Part shown: in pieces, positions 25,533 through 37,762 of the stretch
Numbering within the stretch: the stretch's first letter is position 1
Layout of the letters: each line of letters opens with the position of its first letter
Origin: Hypanus sabinus
Taxonomy: Eukaryota
Length of the DNA stretch: 64,000 nucleotides
NCBI RefSeq assembly: GCF_030144855.1
Contig: NC_082718.1
Location: 5,394,001 to 5,458,000 of the forward strand
Reading direction: 5' to 3'
Position numbers and translations under genes: made by a program
Notes under the pieces: model-generated
The model's database searches: none
What the model was told of the DNA's origin: nothing
Seen by the model: only the letters and a program-made list of their open reading frames with translations

Positions 25533-27079
25533 GTAAAGAGATGAATTCCACAGAGTTTCCACCCACAGTAGTATATGTCCTTGTCCACTACTATAATCAG
25601 CCATAGAGCTGTGTGTTGTTACTAGTTTTAGCAATGAATTAATGTTTAAGATGAAGACTTCTGAAAGAAGGCAAAAAATATACATTTTTAACAATCCAGT
25701 AATGTTTAGAAGTATATATGGACCAGTAATTAAAAAGGCCAGTACTTGCTTAGACACGCATACTCCTTTCAGAAAACATCCAGTAACTTAACTTCTTCTG
25801 TGGTTACTTATTCTTCAAGGTATGAGAAAAGAGCCATGCAAGTGGGGAGACAAGGAAGCCTGTAACCTTTCAAAGCTTTGTTGGACAAACTTGTTAACCC
25901 TTACTTGAACCCAGTATATCCAATTGAATTAGAAAATTTGATGTAGGTTTTCTGGACAATTTAAAGATTTCACTTTCTTGACATGGGTATGAATTTCAGC
26001 CTGGTTTCAAAATTATAGATGTCTTTCAGCATCTAGTAATGAGTTTATAATGACCTCACAAATTTCTGTGTGATGTGGAATAGCAGATGCTGGCATTTTG
26101 ATGAGGGTTTAGGAAGCAAGTGAAGTTCCCTGAATTTTGTCATCTCTTCATCATTTTGGATTAATAACATTAAACAACAAAGATTTTGCTTCCTGAATAC
26201 TTTTGGGTGTACCTTAGGGATTTTGGGCTGCTGATCAGGAAAATCACCATGAAACTTTGACAGACAATTCAAAGAACTTCTTGTGGGACCAGAGAAAAAA
26301 TCACACACTGTTTTTTTTAAATGACCTTAATTTGTTATTCCCATTCATAATTCAAGTTAATTAAATGTTGCTCACAATGTAAGCTGAAAAGTTTTCTATC
26401 TTGTCCAAGGATTCCAGGGCTTGGTAAGGCAGGGCAAATGCTGTATGGTAGGACAGCTTTAGAAAAACAGGACATGGAGTCTAGAGGAGGCAGACAAAGA
26501 TGCCATGATGCATGAGCAGGGATGCAAAACAACACTGATACTGGTACAGATTTTGATCCATTACGTTGAGTGAGCCTCTTCTGATAACTCAGTCCGAGTT
26601 AAATGAGCTGGTCAGAGACTCGGGTTTGTCAAAGGCAGGAGCAGAATTACTGGATTCAAGACTGCAGGGATGGAATCTGCTGTCACCAACTGCAAAAATT
26701 TCAAATGGTTCAACTTAATATCAGAGAATGTATACAGTATGCAGCCTGAAATTTGTACTCTTCGCAGAGACATCCATGAAAGAACAAACCCCGAAGAATG
26801 AATGACTAACATCGGAACCTGATAAAACCCCTCCCCGTCTCACACACAAGCAGCAGAAGCATCGACCCTTCCCTCTCCCTCCCCCCACGTACCAGCAGAA
26901 GCACTGACCCCCCACCCACCCCTCACTATGCAACCAATTGCAAAAGCCCCTGAACAGGCCTTGATTTAGAGTACATTATATAGTACATCCCATCACCCAG
27001 GACTTTGGTATCTCAGACAGGCTTGTTCTCACCAGTGAGCAACAGAAAGATCACTCCTGCACCAATGAGGGCAATAGAC

Positions 27080-27480
27080 AATAGGTGCAAGAGTAGGCCA
27101 TTCGGCCCTTCTAGCCAGCACCGCCATTCACTGTGATCATGGCTGATCATACACAGTCAGTACCCCATTCCTGCCCTCTCCCCATATCCCTTGGCCCCGC
27201 TATCTTTAAGAACTCTATCCAACTCTCTCTTGAATGCATCCAGAGACTTGGCCTCCACTGCCTTCTGGGGCAGAGCATTCCACATATCCAGCACTTTCTG
27301 GGTGAAAAAGTTTTTCTGCATCTCAGTTCTAAATGGCCTACCACTTATTCTTAAACTGTGGCCTCTAGTTCTGGACTCACCCATCAGCGGGAACATGCTT
27401 CCTGCCTCCAGCGTGTCCAATCCCTTAATAATTTTATATGTCTCAATCAGATCCCCTCTCATCCTTCTAAATTCCCGTGT
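27080..27480 (-). mobile_element. CR1 3' end
   Basis: EFRRMRGDLIETYKIIKGLD...SRTRGHSLRI.GRPFRTEM.KNFFTQ. Confidence 0.85.
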
Positions 27481-27959
27481 ATTCAGCAGGAGACCAGCAG
27501 CTTGCTGTTCTGATGTTACAATCTTCTGCATTGTTTCTCCAACTCGATGACCGACAGGCTTTCACTCTCCATCAAGAGAGAGATGGAGAGAGGGATCACT
27601 TGAGTACAATGGCCTTCTTCGGACAGTAGCACACACTGCCTGATGTCCTGATGTTTCAGTTTCCCATGATGCTTCATTTGGCAGAATTGGTGAGGAATGG
27701 GGTCGTCCCCAGTGGTGCACATCATCCAGACCTCTCCTGGAGATATCGAAATGCCAGGCCGCACAGCCGTTTCGCAAACCCGACACTTGTGGAAAACTGT
27801 AGTTTGACCTGTAATTGTAGATCATGGATTCCGACAGAACCCCAGCCACCTTGAAAAGAAAAGAAAAAGATAAGAACAGCAAGCTGTTTCGTGGACGAAA
27901 TGGAAGAAGTCGCCTGGGTCTACAAAAACCGCTGGCACTGTTTCTCCTAGCTCTTCCCT

Positions 27960-28275
27960 CAAGTTCCACGAAGGATTTTGACTTTTGAGATAGATGTTTC
28001 CCAGGGTAAATAAGGCCAAGATTAGGGAAAGCACTTGTGTTGGTCTACAAATCAAACAGATCATTAATGACAAAGAACTTATTGTGAGACCAGAGAAAAT
28101 CTTGGCAACTCTAGAGCACCAGGCTACGTGCAGCTGGTTGACAACGTGCTTCAAGCAGACTAAACCCTGAACTGCAAATTGCATTGAAGATTCATGTTCT
28201 GCATTCCCATTTAGACTTCTTCCCTGAAAAGCCTGGTGCTGTCTGTGACAAATATGGTGAAAGGTTTCATAAGAC
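27960..28275 (+). mobile_element. DNA transposon transposase remnant (superfamily not assigned)
   Basis: MFPRVNKAKIRESTCVGLQIKQII and KIHVLHSHLDFFPEKPGAVCDKYGERFH match the recurrent metazoan transposase motif K(I/L)KEGIFVGPQIR...KIHFLHSHLDFFP.NLGAVSDEHGERFHQD. Confidence 0.6.
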
Positions 28276-29760
28276 CAGAAGATATAGAAGTAGAATTAAG
28301 CTATTTGGCTCATTGAATCTGCTCCGCCGTTACATCAGGGCTGATCCAATTTTCGTCTCAGCCCAAATCTCCTGCCTTCTCCCTGTATCCCTTCATGCCC
28401 TGACCAATCAAGAATCTACCAACCTCTGTCTTAAATATACATAAAGACTTGGCCTCCAAAGCTTCCTGTGGCAAAAAATTCCTAGATTCACCACTCTCTA
28501 AATTCCTCCTCATCTCTGTTCTAAAAGGATGCCCCTCTATTCTGAGGCTGTGTCCTCTGGTCTTAGAAGCTCCCACTATAGGAAACATCCTTTTCACATC
28601 CACTCTGTCAAGGCCATTCACCATTTGATAGGTTTCAATTAGGTCACCCCTCATGTTTCTGAATTCTAGTGAATACAGCCCTGGATCCATCAGAAGCTCT
28701 TCATAAGACAAGCTGTCTAATCCTGGAATAAATTTGTGAACCCCCTTTGAACTCTCTCCAGTTTCAGCACATCCTTTCTAAGATAAAGGGCCCAAAACTG
28801 CTCACAATACTTCAAGAGAGGCCTCGCCAGTACTTTATAAAGTCTCAACATTACATCCTTGCTTTTATATTCTAGTCCAATGTAGTTTATCATGTACCTT
28901 CAAGTACCCTGAGACCTCATTATTGACTCCAACATCCTCCCAACCACTGTCAGACTAACTTGCCTAAAGTTTCCTTTGTTCTGCCTCTCTCCCTTCTTGA
29001 AGAGTGGAGAGACATTTGCAATTTTCCAGTCTTCCAGAGCCATTCCAAAATCTAGTGATTCTTAAAAGATCATTGCTAATGCCTCCACCATCTCTTCAGT
29101 CACCTCTTTCAGAACCCTGGGTCCAGGTGACTTATCTACCTTCAGACTTTTCAGTTTCCCAAGAACCTTCTCCCTAGTTAAGGTAACTTCACACACTTCA
29201 TGATCCCTGATACCTGGAACTGCCACCGTATTGCTGGAGCCTTCCACAGTGAAGACCGATGCAAAATACTTAAAACCATTTTGTTGTCCCCCATTACTAC
29301 CTCTCTAGCATCATTTACCAGTGGCCTGATATCCACACTTGCCTCCCTTTTATACTTTATGTATCTGAAGAGACTTTTGGTATCCTCTTTAATATTATTG
29401 GTTAGCTTACTTTTGTATTTCACCTTTATCTTTTTAACTGCCTTCTGTTGGTTTTTAAAAGCTTCCGAATCCTCTAAATTCTCATTAAGTTTTGCTCTAT
29501 TATATGCCCTCTCTTTGGCTTTGATGTTGGTTTTGACTTCATTTGCTAGCCTCAGTTGTGACCTCTTGCCTTTAGAATACTTCTTCCTTTTTGGGATTTA
29601 CATATTCTGTGCATCCGAATTGCTTCCTGAAATTCCAGCCGATGCTGGTCTGCTGTCTTCCCTGCCAGTGTTCTTTCCCTGTCACCTCTGGCCAACTCCT
29701 CTCTCAAGCGTTTCCTTTACTTCACTGTAATACTGTTACATCTGACTTTAGCTTCCTTGC
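28265..29760 (-). mobile_element. CR1 LINE fragments (RT and 3' end)
   Basis: LKVDKSPGP, KYKSKLTNNIKEDTKS.FRYIK, GLYSLEFR.MRGDLIETY. Confidence 0.85.
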
Positions 29761-29907
29761 TTTTAATATTGTAGTCCTCTTGAAATGAATGCTAGCATTG
29801 CATTTGCTGTCATAAATGATGCCCATTTCTGATTTGTGCATTTTTAGCATTTTGTTAATCTGTAATAGAAAACTTATGCATTCCGAGAAATGTCTTTTTC
29901 TGTCCAG

Positions 29908-31618
29908 CTGCGATACAGAATTACAAGGAATACATCTTGAGCGACCAAGCACGTTCATTTTGCACAGTAATGCGAAAAAGATTCATGAACAACAACTCAT
30001 TTGCCGGATCCATTAATACCATCACTGTAGAGGAACAGGACCCAGATGGTGAACTTATCAGAGCATGGGAGTTGAATACTGCAAAAGAAATGGAAGTTTC
30101 GCAACTGCTGTCTTTACTTCAGAAGGAAAAGTCATCGAAGAGAGTCCTGCTAGTGGGTGACACAGGAGTCGGAAAAAGTTGGGCTGTGGACAGCATGGAG
30201 CAAGACTGGGCATCTCATCCGAGCCCTGGGTTGTATTGTGTCATTGTTCTCAAGTTCTCTGACTTAAATAGGGTTCAAGGAAAGACCACTCTCCGGGAGC
30301 TTCTGAAGAACCAGTGCAAGCCTTTGTCATCAGTCCTAACACAGGTCCTCCAAAACCCTCAAGATGTGTTGATCATTTTGGATGGACTTGATGAATTTGG
30401 CTTTCAGCTGCAATGCGATCCTTTGGGTTCTGATCTGAACCTGGACAGTGTGGCTGAAGTAAGTGTTCTTGTTTCCAAACTAATATCCGGGCATCTCCTT
30501 CGAGACGCAAAGGTGCTGGTTACCTCCCGATGGAATACAAAGCAGTTAGAAGTTAACAAGAAGCATTTTGATCAGCGTTTTATTATCACTGGCTTTTCCA
30601 ATGATGGGTTGAAAAGATATTGTGATATGTTTTATGGGGAAAAGGAGAAGGCAGCAATAATGTACCGATGCATTACAGAGAATGAGACCATCAAATGCCT
30701 GGCTTCGAATCCCCTCAACAGCTACATTCTATGCACCATTTTGGACAGATGTTTCCACTGCCGTGATGTAACGGCAGATTCACCAATGACGAACAGTAAA
30801 GTTTTTAAATTGTTGCTTTGCTGTATGATTAACTGTAAAACCAATGATATTGGTGAGACTGACCTTGAGTATAAATCGTTTAAAGACACCATCCTGAAGG
30901 TAGGGCAACTGTCCTTTAACAATCTGCTTTCAGCAAAAGTTGAAATGAATGCAGTTGATCTGAAAACCTACAGAATAGACCAATCTCTGCTTTCAAAGTA
31001 CCTCTCAAATCTTGTCCTGGAAAAGGAATGTAATGGTGAAAGTTCTTTTCAGTTCCATCACGTAGTGCTGAAGGAACAATTTGCGGCTTTGTATTGTGCA
31101 ACCGTACTGGATAACGATCCCGTAGAGTTGGTCAAATGTCTGGATCTTTGGTGCTTTGGGAAGAGGCCACAAAATCAATTGAGTCAACTTTATCTGCAGT
31201 CATTCCGCCCCGAACACACCGAAAAGCTGTACAATTTTACCAGGTTTCTCATGGGCTCCTTAACAGCAAGAAGCGAAGGCAAGTTGTGGAACAATACAGT
31301 TTCTCTCACTCCTTCTGTGGCCAGGGCTCTCAGGACGTGGTTTAAAACCAGCCTTCAGCGAGATATTAACAAGGCAGAATTGCTGAATTTAATGCATTGT
31401 CTATTTGAATTGCAAGATCCGTGCATCACAACTGATGTGTCTCCATACATGAAAAGTATAGATTTTTTCAATATGTCTTTGAGCCCGCCGGACCTGTCTG
31501 CTTTACGTTACTGCTTGAAACACTGTGCAGTGGAAAAGTTGGATCTGAGGCTCTGTAATATCGGTGATGAAGGGATAAAGCAGCTGATGGATGTGCTTTC
31601 CAAATGCAAAACACTTTT
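29908..31618 (+). CDS. Coding exon 5: NACHT NTPase, helical domains and first LRRs
   Basis: Uninterrupted 1711-nt exon. Walker A LLVGDTGVGKS, Walker B LIILDGLDE, sensor VLVTSR, ITGFS, NPL..YILC, winged-helix FQFHH..LKEQFAALY, ELLNLMHCLFELQ, LDLRLCNIGDEG. Phase-1 acceptor tctttttctgtccag, phase-2 donor TT|GTGAGT. Confidence 0.95.
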
Positions 31619-31814
31619 GTGAGTAATACTTTTCTTAAGACTATTAAGCACAAGTTGCAGTAATTTATTTTGTTGTGTACTCTGCGTATATGCTGTTCAC
31701 ATTCTCTGTCCTGAATTTGGTGATTCTGTTCTGTCCTGACCAAAGTCTGTTCTTTCATGTGGCGATGCCACTTTTCAAGGCAAGAATGGCATAGACACTA
31801 CCAGTGCAATAAAT

Positions 31815-32020
31815 ACCAGTGTAGTGTAGCAGTTAGCGTGATGCTATTACAGCTCAGGGCATTGGAGTTCAGAGCTCAATTCCAGTGCCCTCAGTGAGCA
31901 AGATTATATGTTCCTTCCCGTTTCTGTGTGGGTTTCCTCCAGCTGAACCAGTTTCGCCCCACACTCCAAGGTTATACCAGCTATTAGGTTAAGTGGTCAT
32001 TTTAAATTGTCCCATGATTA
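31815..32020 (+). mobile_element. tRNA-derived SINE (V-SINE/HE1-like)
   Basis: A-box-like gtgtagcagttagcg, degenerate B box, and a conserved-looking core tgtgtgggtttcctcc...gtttcgccccacactccaa...ttaggtt..tggtcat..taaattgtccc. Confidence 0.55.
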
Positions 32021-32909
32021 GGCTGGGGTCACTGGGCGGTGCGGCTCGAAGGGCCAGGGAGGCCTGTTCTACACTGTATCTCCACCAGTTACATGGTGCC
32101 ATCATAACCCTCCCCTCGACCATTCCTGATGGCATAACCATTCTGTTTGCAAAGACTTTATTGATCTCTATAAAGAGGTCTCGTTTCCTTTGGTGCAAAT
32201 CTACTTGCTGGGGGATATGGTCTTTCTGTAAATCGTAGTCCACTGCACCTTCAATTGAACAGCAGCAATATTCGCTTTCAACATTTATTCCTGAATCAAA
32301 GCAATTTGACTACTCACATCACACTGTTTCAAGAATCACCCCTTGTAATAATGAAGAGTGAGGCACAGAGGATCTGTATTTACCGACAATTAACCTTTAT
32401 AGTCTAAGCTGAAAGGAACATGGATGTGCGTACACCCTTCTGAAATCCCTGACCCTCCATGAATAGTCAATGAAGAGAAAAGGTATTACCGGGAGAGGAT
32501 TCTACACTGGTCGGGTGTTCCTCATGGTCCCGATCTCCACGTGTCTGTGGGGTCCTCCTTATCCGCGGTGGTTGGTCTCTGGCTGTTGGAGAGTTATCGC
32601 CCCTGCGTATTTAGAGCTCCTGAGTCTTGTACGGTTCCTCATCAATTGAACCACTGGGTCTCCATCCCAGTGGCTCAAGGTCACCTGACCTACCTGGGTC
32701 ACCCTCTTACTGGTCATTGTACAGGGCTACAGCCAACATCATTTCATAGTTCCGCTCACCCCAGCCTTATATTTGTGTCTCTCAACTCTGACTGGTCCAA
32801 ACCAGTTAAATGAGGCGAACCAGACATGGAGATTACAGATTGCTTCTTTGGGAGGTCTGGCATTTTACATAAGTAGATACTCATCTGGGAATGGTCACAG
32901 ATTTAGCAG

Positions 32910-33545
32910 GTAATCACCTGAGTGAGGTTCCTTGTGCCAAGCACCTGTGCACGCTCCTCCAGAAAAACAGGATCTCCCAGTGGCCACCCACTTTAATTCC
33001 ACTTCCCATTATTCTGACATGTCCATCCATGGCCCCCTCTGCTGTTGCAATGAAGCCACACTCAGGCTGGAGGAGCAATGCTTTATATTCCGTTTGGGTA
33101 GCCTCCAACCTGATGGCATGAACATCGAGTTCTCTAACTTCTGGTAATGCCCCCCCCACCACTTCACCATTCCCATCCCATTTAACCTCTCTCACCCCAT
33201 CTCCTTGCCCACCCATTGCCTCTCTCTCTGGTGCTCCACCTCCTTTTCTTTCTTCCATGGCCTTCTGTTCTCTCCTATCAGAATCTCCCTTCTCCAGCAT
33301 TCTGTCTTCTTCACCAATCAACTTCCCTGCTCTTCACTTCTCCCCTCCCCTCCCAGTTTCACCTATTAACTTGTGTTTCTCTTCTCCGCCCTCTGACTCC
33401 TCATCTCCTTTTCTCCAGTCCTGCTGAAGGGTCTCAGCCAGAAACATCGACTGTGCTCTTCTCCATAGATCCTGCCTGGGCTGCTGAGTTCCTCCAGCAT
33501 TTTCTGTGTGTTGTTCATATTTCCAGCATCTGCAGATTTTCTGTT
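32910..33545 (+). mobile_element. Penelope-like 3' fragment (GIY-YIG tail and terminal repeat)
   Basis: KQDLPVATHFNSTSHYSDMSIHG...EATLRLEEQCFIFRLGSLQPDGMNIEFSNF; mutated hammerhead motif at 33416-33453. Confidence 0.85.
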
Positions 33546-33650
33546 GTTTATAACTGAACCTCTTGACCATGCCTGCATGCTTTTGTGCTTTGAGTTGCTG
33601 CCACATGAATGGCTGACTAGGTATTTGCATTAATGAGCAGGTTTACAGTT
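33545..33650 (-). mobile_element. Tc1-like transposon fragment
   Basis: Reverse complement matches 63460-63550 (tagtcagcca.tcatgt.gca.caactc.a.gca..aaagcatgcag.tggtcaagaggttca). Confidence 0.6.
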
Positions 33651-33681
33651 TATCTAAAAGTAAATGGTCAGCCAGTGTATC

Positions 33682-34860
33682 TACAGGTATAGTGTGAGCA
33701 CCAGGTGTGCGTACAGGTATAGTGTGAGCACCAGGTGTGCGTACAGGCACAGTGTGGGCACTGGGTGTGCGCAGGTACCATATGGGCACCGGGTGTGCGT
33801 ACAGGTATAGTGTGAGCACCAGGTGTGCGTACAGGCACAGTGTGGGCACTGGGTGTGCGCAGGTACCATATGGGCACCGGGAGTGCGTACAGGCACAGTG
33901 TGGGCACCGGGAGTGTGTACAGGCATAGTGTGGGCACCAGGTGTTCATACGGGCACAGTGTGGGCACCGGGTGTGCGTACAGGCATAGTGTGGGCACCAG
34001 GTGTTCATACGGGCACAGTGTGGGCACCGGGTGTGCATACAGGCACAGTGTGGGTACCAAGTGTTCATACGGGCACAGTGTGGGCACCGGGTGTGCGTAC
34101 AGGCACAGTATGAGCACCAGGTGTTCATATGGGCACAGTGTGGGCACCAGGTGTGCGTACAGGCACAGTGTGGGCACCAGGTGTTCATACGGGCACAGTG
34201 TGGGCACCAGGTGTTCATACGGGCACAGTGTGGGCACCAGGTGTGCGTACAGGCACAGTGTGGGCACCAGGTGTGCGTACAGGCACAGTGTGGGCACCAG
34301 GTGTTCATACGGGCACGGTGTGGGCACCGGGTGTGCGTACAGGCACAGTGTGGGCACCAGGAGTTCGTACAGGCACAGTGTGGGCACCAGGTGTGCGTAC
34401 AGGCACAGTGTAGGCACCGGGTGTGCGTACAGGCACAGTGTGGGCACCAGGTATTCATATGGGCACAGTGTGGGCACCGGGTGTGCGTACAGGCACAGTG
34501 TGGGCACCAGGTGTTCATACGGGCACAGTGTGGGCACCGGGTGTGTGTACAGGCACAGTGTGGGCACCGGGTGTGTGTACAGGCACAGTGTGGGCACCAG
34601 GTGTGCGTACAGGGTCAGTGTGGGCACCGGGTGTTCATACAGGCACAGTGTGGGCAGCAGGTGTGTATGGGTACTGTGTGGGCACCGGGTGTGCGTACAG
34701 GCACAGTGTGGGCACCAGATGTTCATACAGGCACAGTGTGGGCACCAGATGTTCATACGGGCACGGTGTGGGCACCAGGTGTGCGTACAGGCACAGTGTG
34801 GGCACCAGGTGTGTATGGGTACAGTGTGGGCACCGGATGTTCATACAGGCACAGTGTGGA
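33682..34860. repeat. 30-bp GC-rich minisatellite, about 39 copies, in NLR intron 5
   Basis: Unit aggcacagtgtgggcacc(a/g)ggtgt(gcg/tca)tac; explains the long pseudo-ORFs in all frames. Confidence 0.97.
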
Positions 34861-35128
34861 CACAGTTGAATTCAAACTGATTTGTGTAGCAAATATTTCC
34901 CTCCCCCTCCCCCCGATAGAAACAAGATCTCTTGATCATATAGCCATCTGAAGATTATACTCATTTTAACTGTCTTTCTAAGATTATAAATAATAGAAAG
35001 ATATTGCTTGTTATTTCCGCTCTCCTGACTGTGCCCCAGGTGTTTCGATTCAGGCAGAGTCCTCCTGGTCAGCGGTTTGTGATGCTGGGGTTCTCCAAAT
35101 TAATTGTTTTCATTGCCTTCTTTTCCAG

Positions 35129-35215
35129 GATAAGCTCCAACAAACTGACCGAGGAGTCAGCAGAGATTTTGAGTGGTATCCTTCAAGACCCAAAATGCAG
35201 AATAGAGATGCTATC
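35129..35215 (+). CDS. Coding exon 6: LRR (87 nt)
   Basis: (L)ISSNKLTEESAEILSGILQDPKCRIEML; acceptor ccttcttttccag, donor TC|GTGAGA, phase 2-2. Confidence 0.88.
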
Positions 35216-35310
35216 GTGAGATTTTTCATCACATAAATCTTCATGTAAAATTTTTCATATTTCAATCAAAACCATAATCCCTCATATTTGCTGTTTGGTT
35301 CTGTTTACAG

Positions 35311-35478
35311 GAGTGGTACAAACCATTTTGGTTCCACAGGAGCTGGGTTTTTGTGGAAAGCTCTGGCAGGAAACAAGAGTCTCAAAGTGCTTCGTTTGTA
35401 TGACAATGGGATCACAGACGATGGCACAAAGGACATGACCCAGTACCTGAGACTGAACACAACTCTCCAGAAACTCTT
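35311..35478 (+). CDS. Coding exon 7: two ribonuclease-inhibitor-type LRRs (168 nt)
   Basis: SGTNHFGSTGAGFLWKALAGNKSLKVLRLYDNGITDDGTKDMTQYLRLNTTLQKL; acceptor ttctgtttacag, donor TT|GTAAGT, phase 2-2. Confidence 0.92.
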
Positions 35479-35859
35479 GTAAGTATTTGGTAGATGTGTG
35501 TGTGCCTGTGATAAGCAGTTTATTTCAAAACTACCCGCTCAACGTGTGTCACTTTCCCTGAATGTGAGACATGTGATATAACTGTTAAGTTCTTTTCCTA
35601 TCACTGCCTCTGTGGCGATCCGTAACAGCCAAGGAGCAGCTGGTAACACAGATATAGACATGGCTATAATGTGTTTTTCTAAGTACAGGGGAAGGAGAAG
35701 AGAAAGATTGTAAGTGCATTTTTACTCAAAACTCTAACTGACACTCAAGTTATCAAAGGCTGACAAAAATGAGGTATTTCAGTAGAAAGCAGGGACATGG
35801 TTCATGTAATCAAATGAAAAAAAAAACAGATGTGGATTTGGATATTGTACAGAAGAGGA

Positions 35860-36270
35860 CAAAGGGCAAAACATGGATTTCTGGTAACTCCCCTCTCCCC
35901 CTTTTCTCTTTCTCCATTCCCTATTCTGACTCTGTTTTTACTCCTTCTCCTCACCACCCTCTGCTGCCCCTCTTCCTTCCCTATCTCACATGGTCTACTG
36001 TTTCCTTCAGCCCGTCACATCTTCCACCTATCACCTCCCGTCATCTCTCTTCATCCCCTCTCCCCATCCACACCTATAACCTGCTAGCTTGCAATCCTTC
36101 CCTTTCTCCCACCTTCTCATTCTGGCTTCTTCACCCTTCCTTTCCAGTCCTAATGAGGGACAAAATGTCAGCTGCTTATTCCTCTGCATTGGTGCTGCCC
36201 AAGCTGCAGAGTTCCTCCAGCATTTTGTGTATGTTACTTTGGATTTCCAGCATCTGCTGAATCTCTTGTG
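35860..36270 (+). mobile_element. Penelope-derived terminal repeat fragment
   Basis: Pyrimidine-rich tract, then ccagtcctaatga..., then gctgcagagttcctccagcattttgtgtatgttactttggatttccagcatctgc. Confidence 0.55.
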
Positions 36271-37436
36271 TTTATGAATTGTTTCTATTGTTTCAGCAAA
36301 GATTGAGAGGGGACAGAATTAAAATACTGAGCAAAAATTAAAATCCAAGGAAATAAGAAAAATTTTGTTTATTCTGCAGATTTAATGCATCTTTTCAAAG
36401 GAGATTCATAAATACATGAACAATAGATTCACGTGTTTGCTGGAAAGATCAGGAAGTGTGACCAGTTAAAAAGTTTTGAAGTGTCTGCATGGGCACAGTG
36501 GGCTGATGGGTCACTTACTCATTGTACAATTCTGAGTTTATCAAAACCTGGGCAATGAAGTGAAAAAGGTGTGTCATCACTGATCAACTGGCCTCTGAAA
36601 GCACACACCCATTCCTCAAACATACTTTATTTTACTTGTGCACAAGTAGAACAGCGTGACCCTTGTCACCCACACTGTTCTGAAGTCAGGAAAGAAAAAT
36701 GCTATTTTCAGGCACAGTTATGTATATTGACCATTTGGTAAACTATGTATACTTAAATTTATAACTTGCAACATCAATCGACATTCACAATACAGGTGTT
36801 AAAAGTCAATAGAAACTACAAACTATGTTACTTTGAATTTAGTAAAGGAGTTGTCCCTTTGTTGGTCTGTGTATTTTGTTCTATCCTTCTCTCATCTGCA
36901 AGAAGCCAAAATGGCTCTGGTAATCTGTTATATATCATTGAAGCTATGCTTTTCAAAGACCTTTATTGCCTGGTCTGTCTGCACTCTCTCTGCAGTCTGT
37001 CCTTGCCCAGACATTATGTTAACCCTTGCCTTACTACAACTTGCACAGGTGGTCAAAACTGAGTTTTCTTGATTCTTGGTTTACAGTACTGTGCAGAGGT
37101 CTCAGGCACATGTATATAGCTAAGGTTAGTAATGTTATTATTGCAAAAAACCCAATTCCATGGGTGTAGGTGAGTAATGATAAACCTGATTGACTGTTGT
37201 CTGAGGCCTGATGGACTGAGAACAGGAAGGGGGCTGGAAGAGTGGACTCATGGTTGGGAAAAAGGGAAAGGAAAGGGGAGGGAGTGGTAAGCATCAGAGA
37301 AATGATCAATAAGCCAATTGTTTGTAATCAAAGCCCCGGAATTCCTTCTCTGCCACCTGTTCCACACCCTTCCCGTGGCAATTCTCCCTCACCATTCCCA
37401 ACTTCCTTTGCACCCACCAGATTTACAAATTTACAC

Positions 37437-37565
37437 GTACAGCAAGCTGGAGAAACTCAGCAGGTCGGGCAGCATCCGTGGAAATCAGCAGTCAACGTTT
37501 CAAACATTGACTGCTTGTTTCCACGGATGCTGCCCGACCTGCTGAGTTTCTCCAACTTGTTGTAC
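37437..37565. repeat. 129-bp near-perfect palindrome (64-bp arms, 1-nt centre) built from Penelope terminal sequence
   Basis: 37437-37500 is the reverse complement of 37502-37565 with about 5 mismatches. Confidence 0.9.
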
Positions 37566-37762
37566 ATGTTGCTTTGACCACAGCATCTGCAGTGTACTTT
37601 TTAGATTTACAAACTTGATTTCCGCTGTACGTTGACAAATACAGTGCTGTGAAAAGGTGCTGTGACACCTTAGCTGTATATATGTGCCTAAGACTTTTGC
37701 ACAGTACTGAATATACATACACGTGAAGCATCTGCTAAAGATAATTTCCTTGTTGTTTTCAG

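Noticed and set aside
32897-32930. DLAGNHLSE looks like an LRR start and so a possible extra NLR exon
   Set aside because: No suitable phase-2 acceptor, and it runs straight into Penelope GIY-YIG sequence.
33643-34951. Long Cys/His/Thr-rich ORFs (up to 362 aa) in several frames on both strands
   Set aside because: Artefact of a stop-poor 30-bp minisatellite; open in all frames, with no splice or start context.
36380-36420. Acceptor-like site (tttattctgcag) in the last NLR intron
   Set aside because: In-frame stop after about 13 codons with no LRR pattern; 37763 gives the coherent terminal exon.
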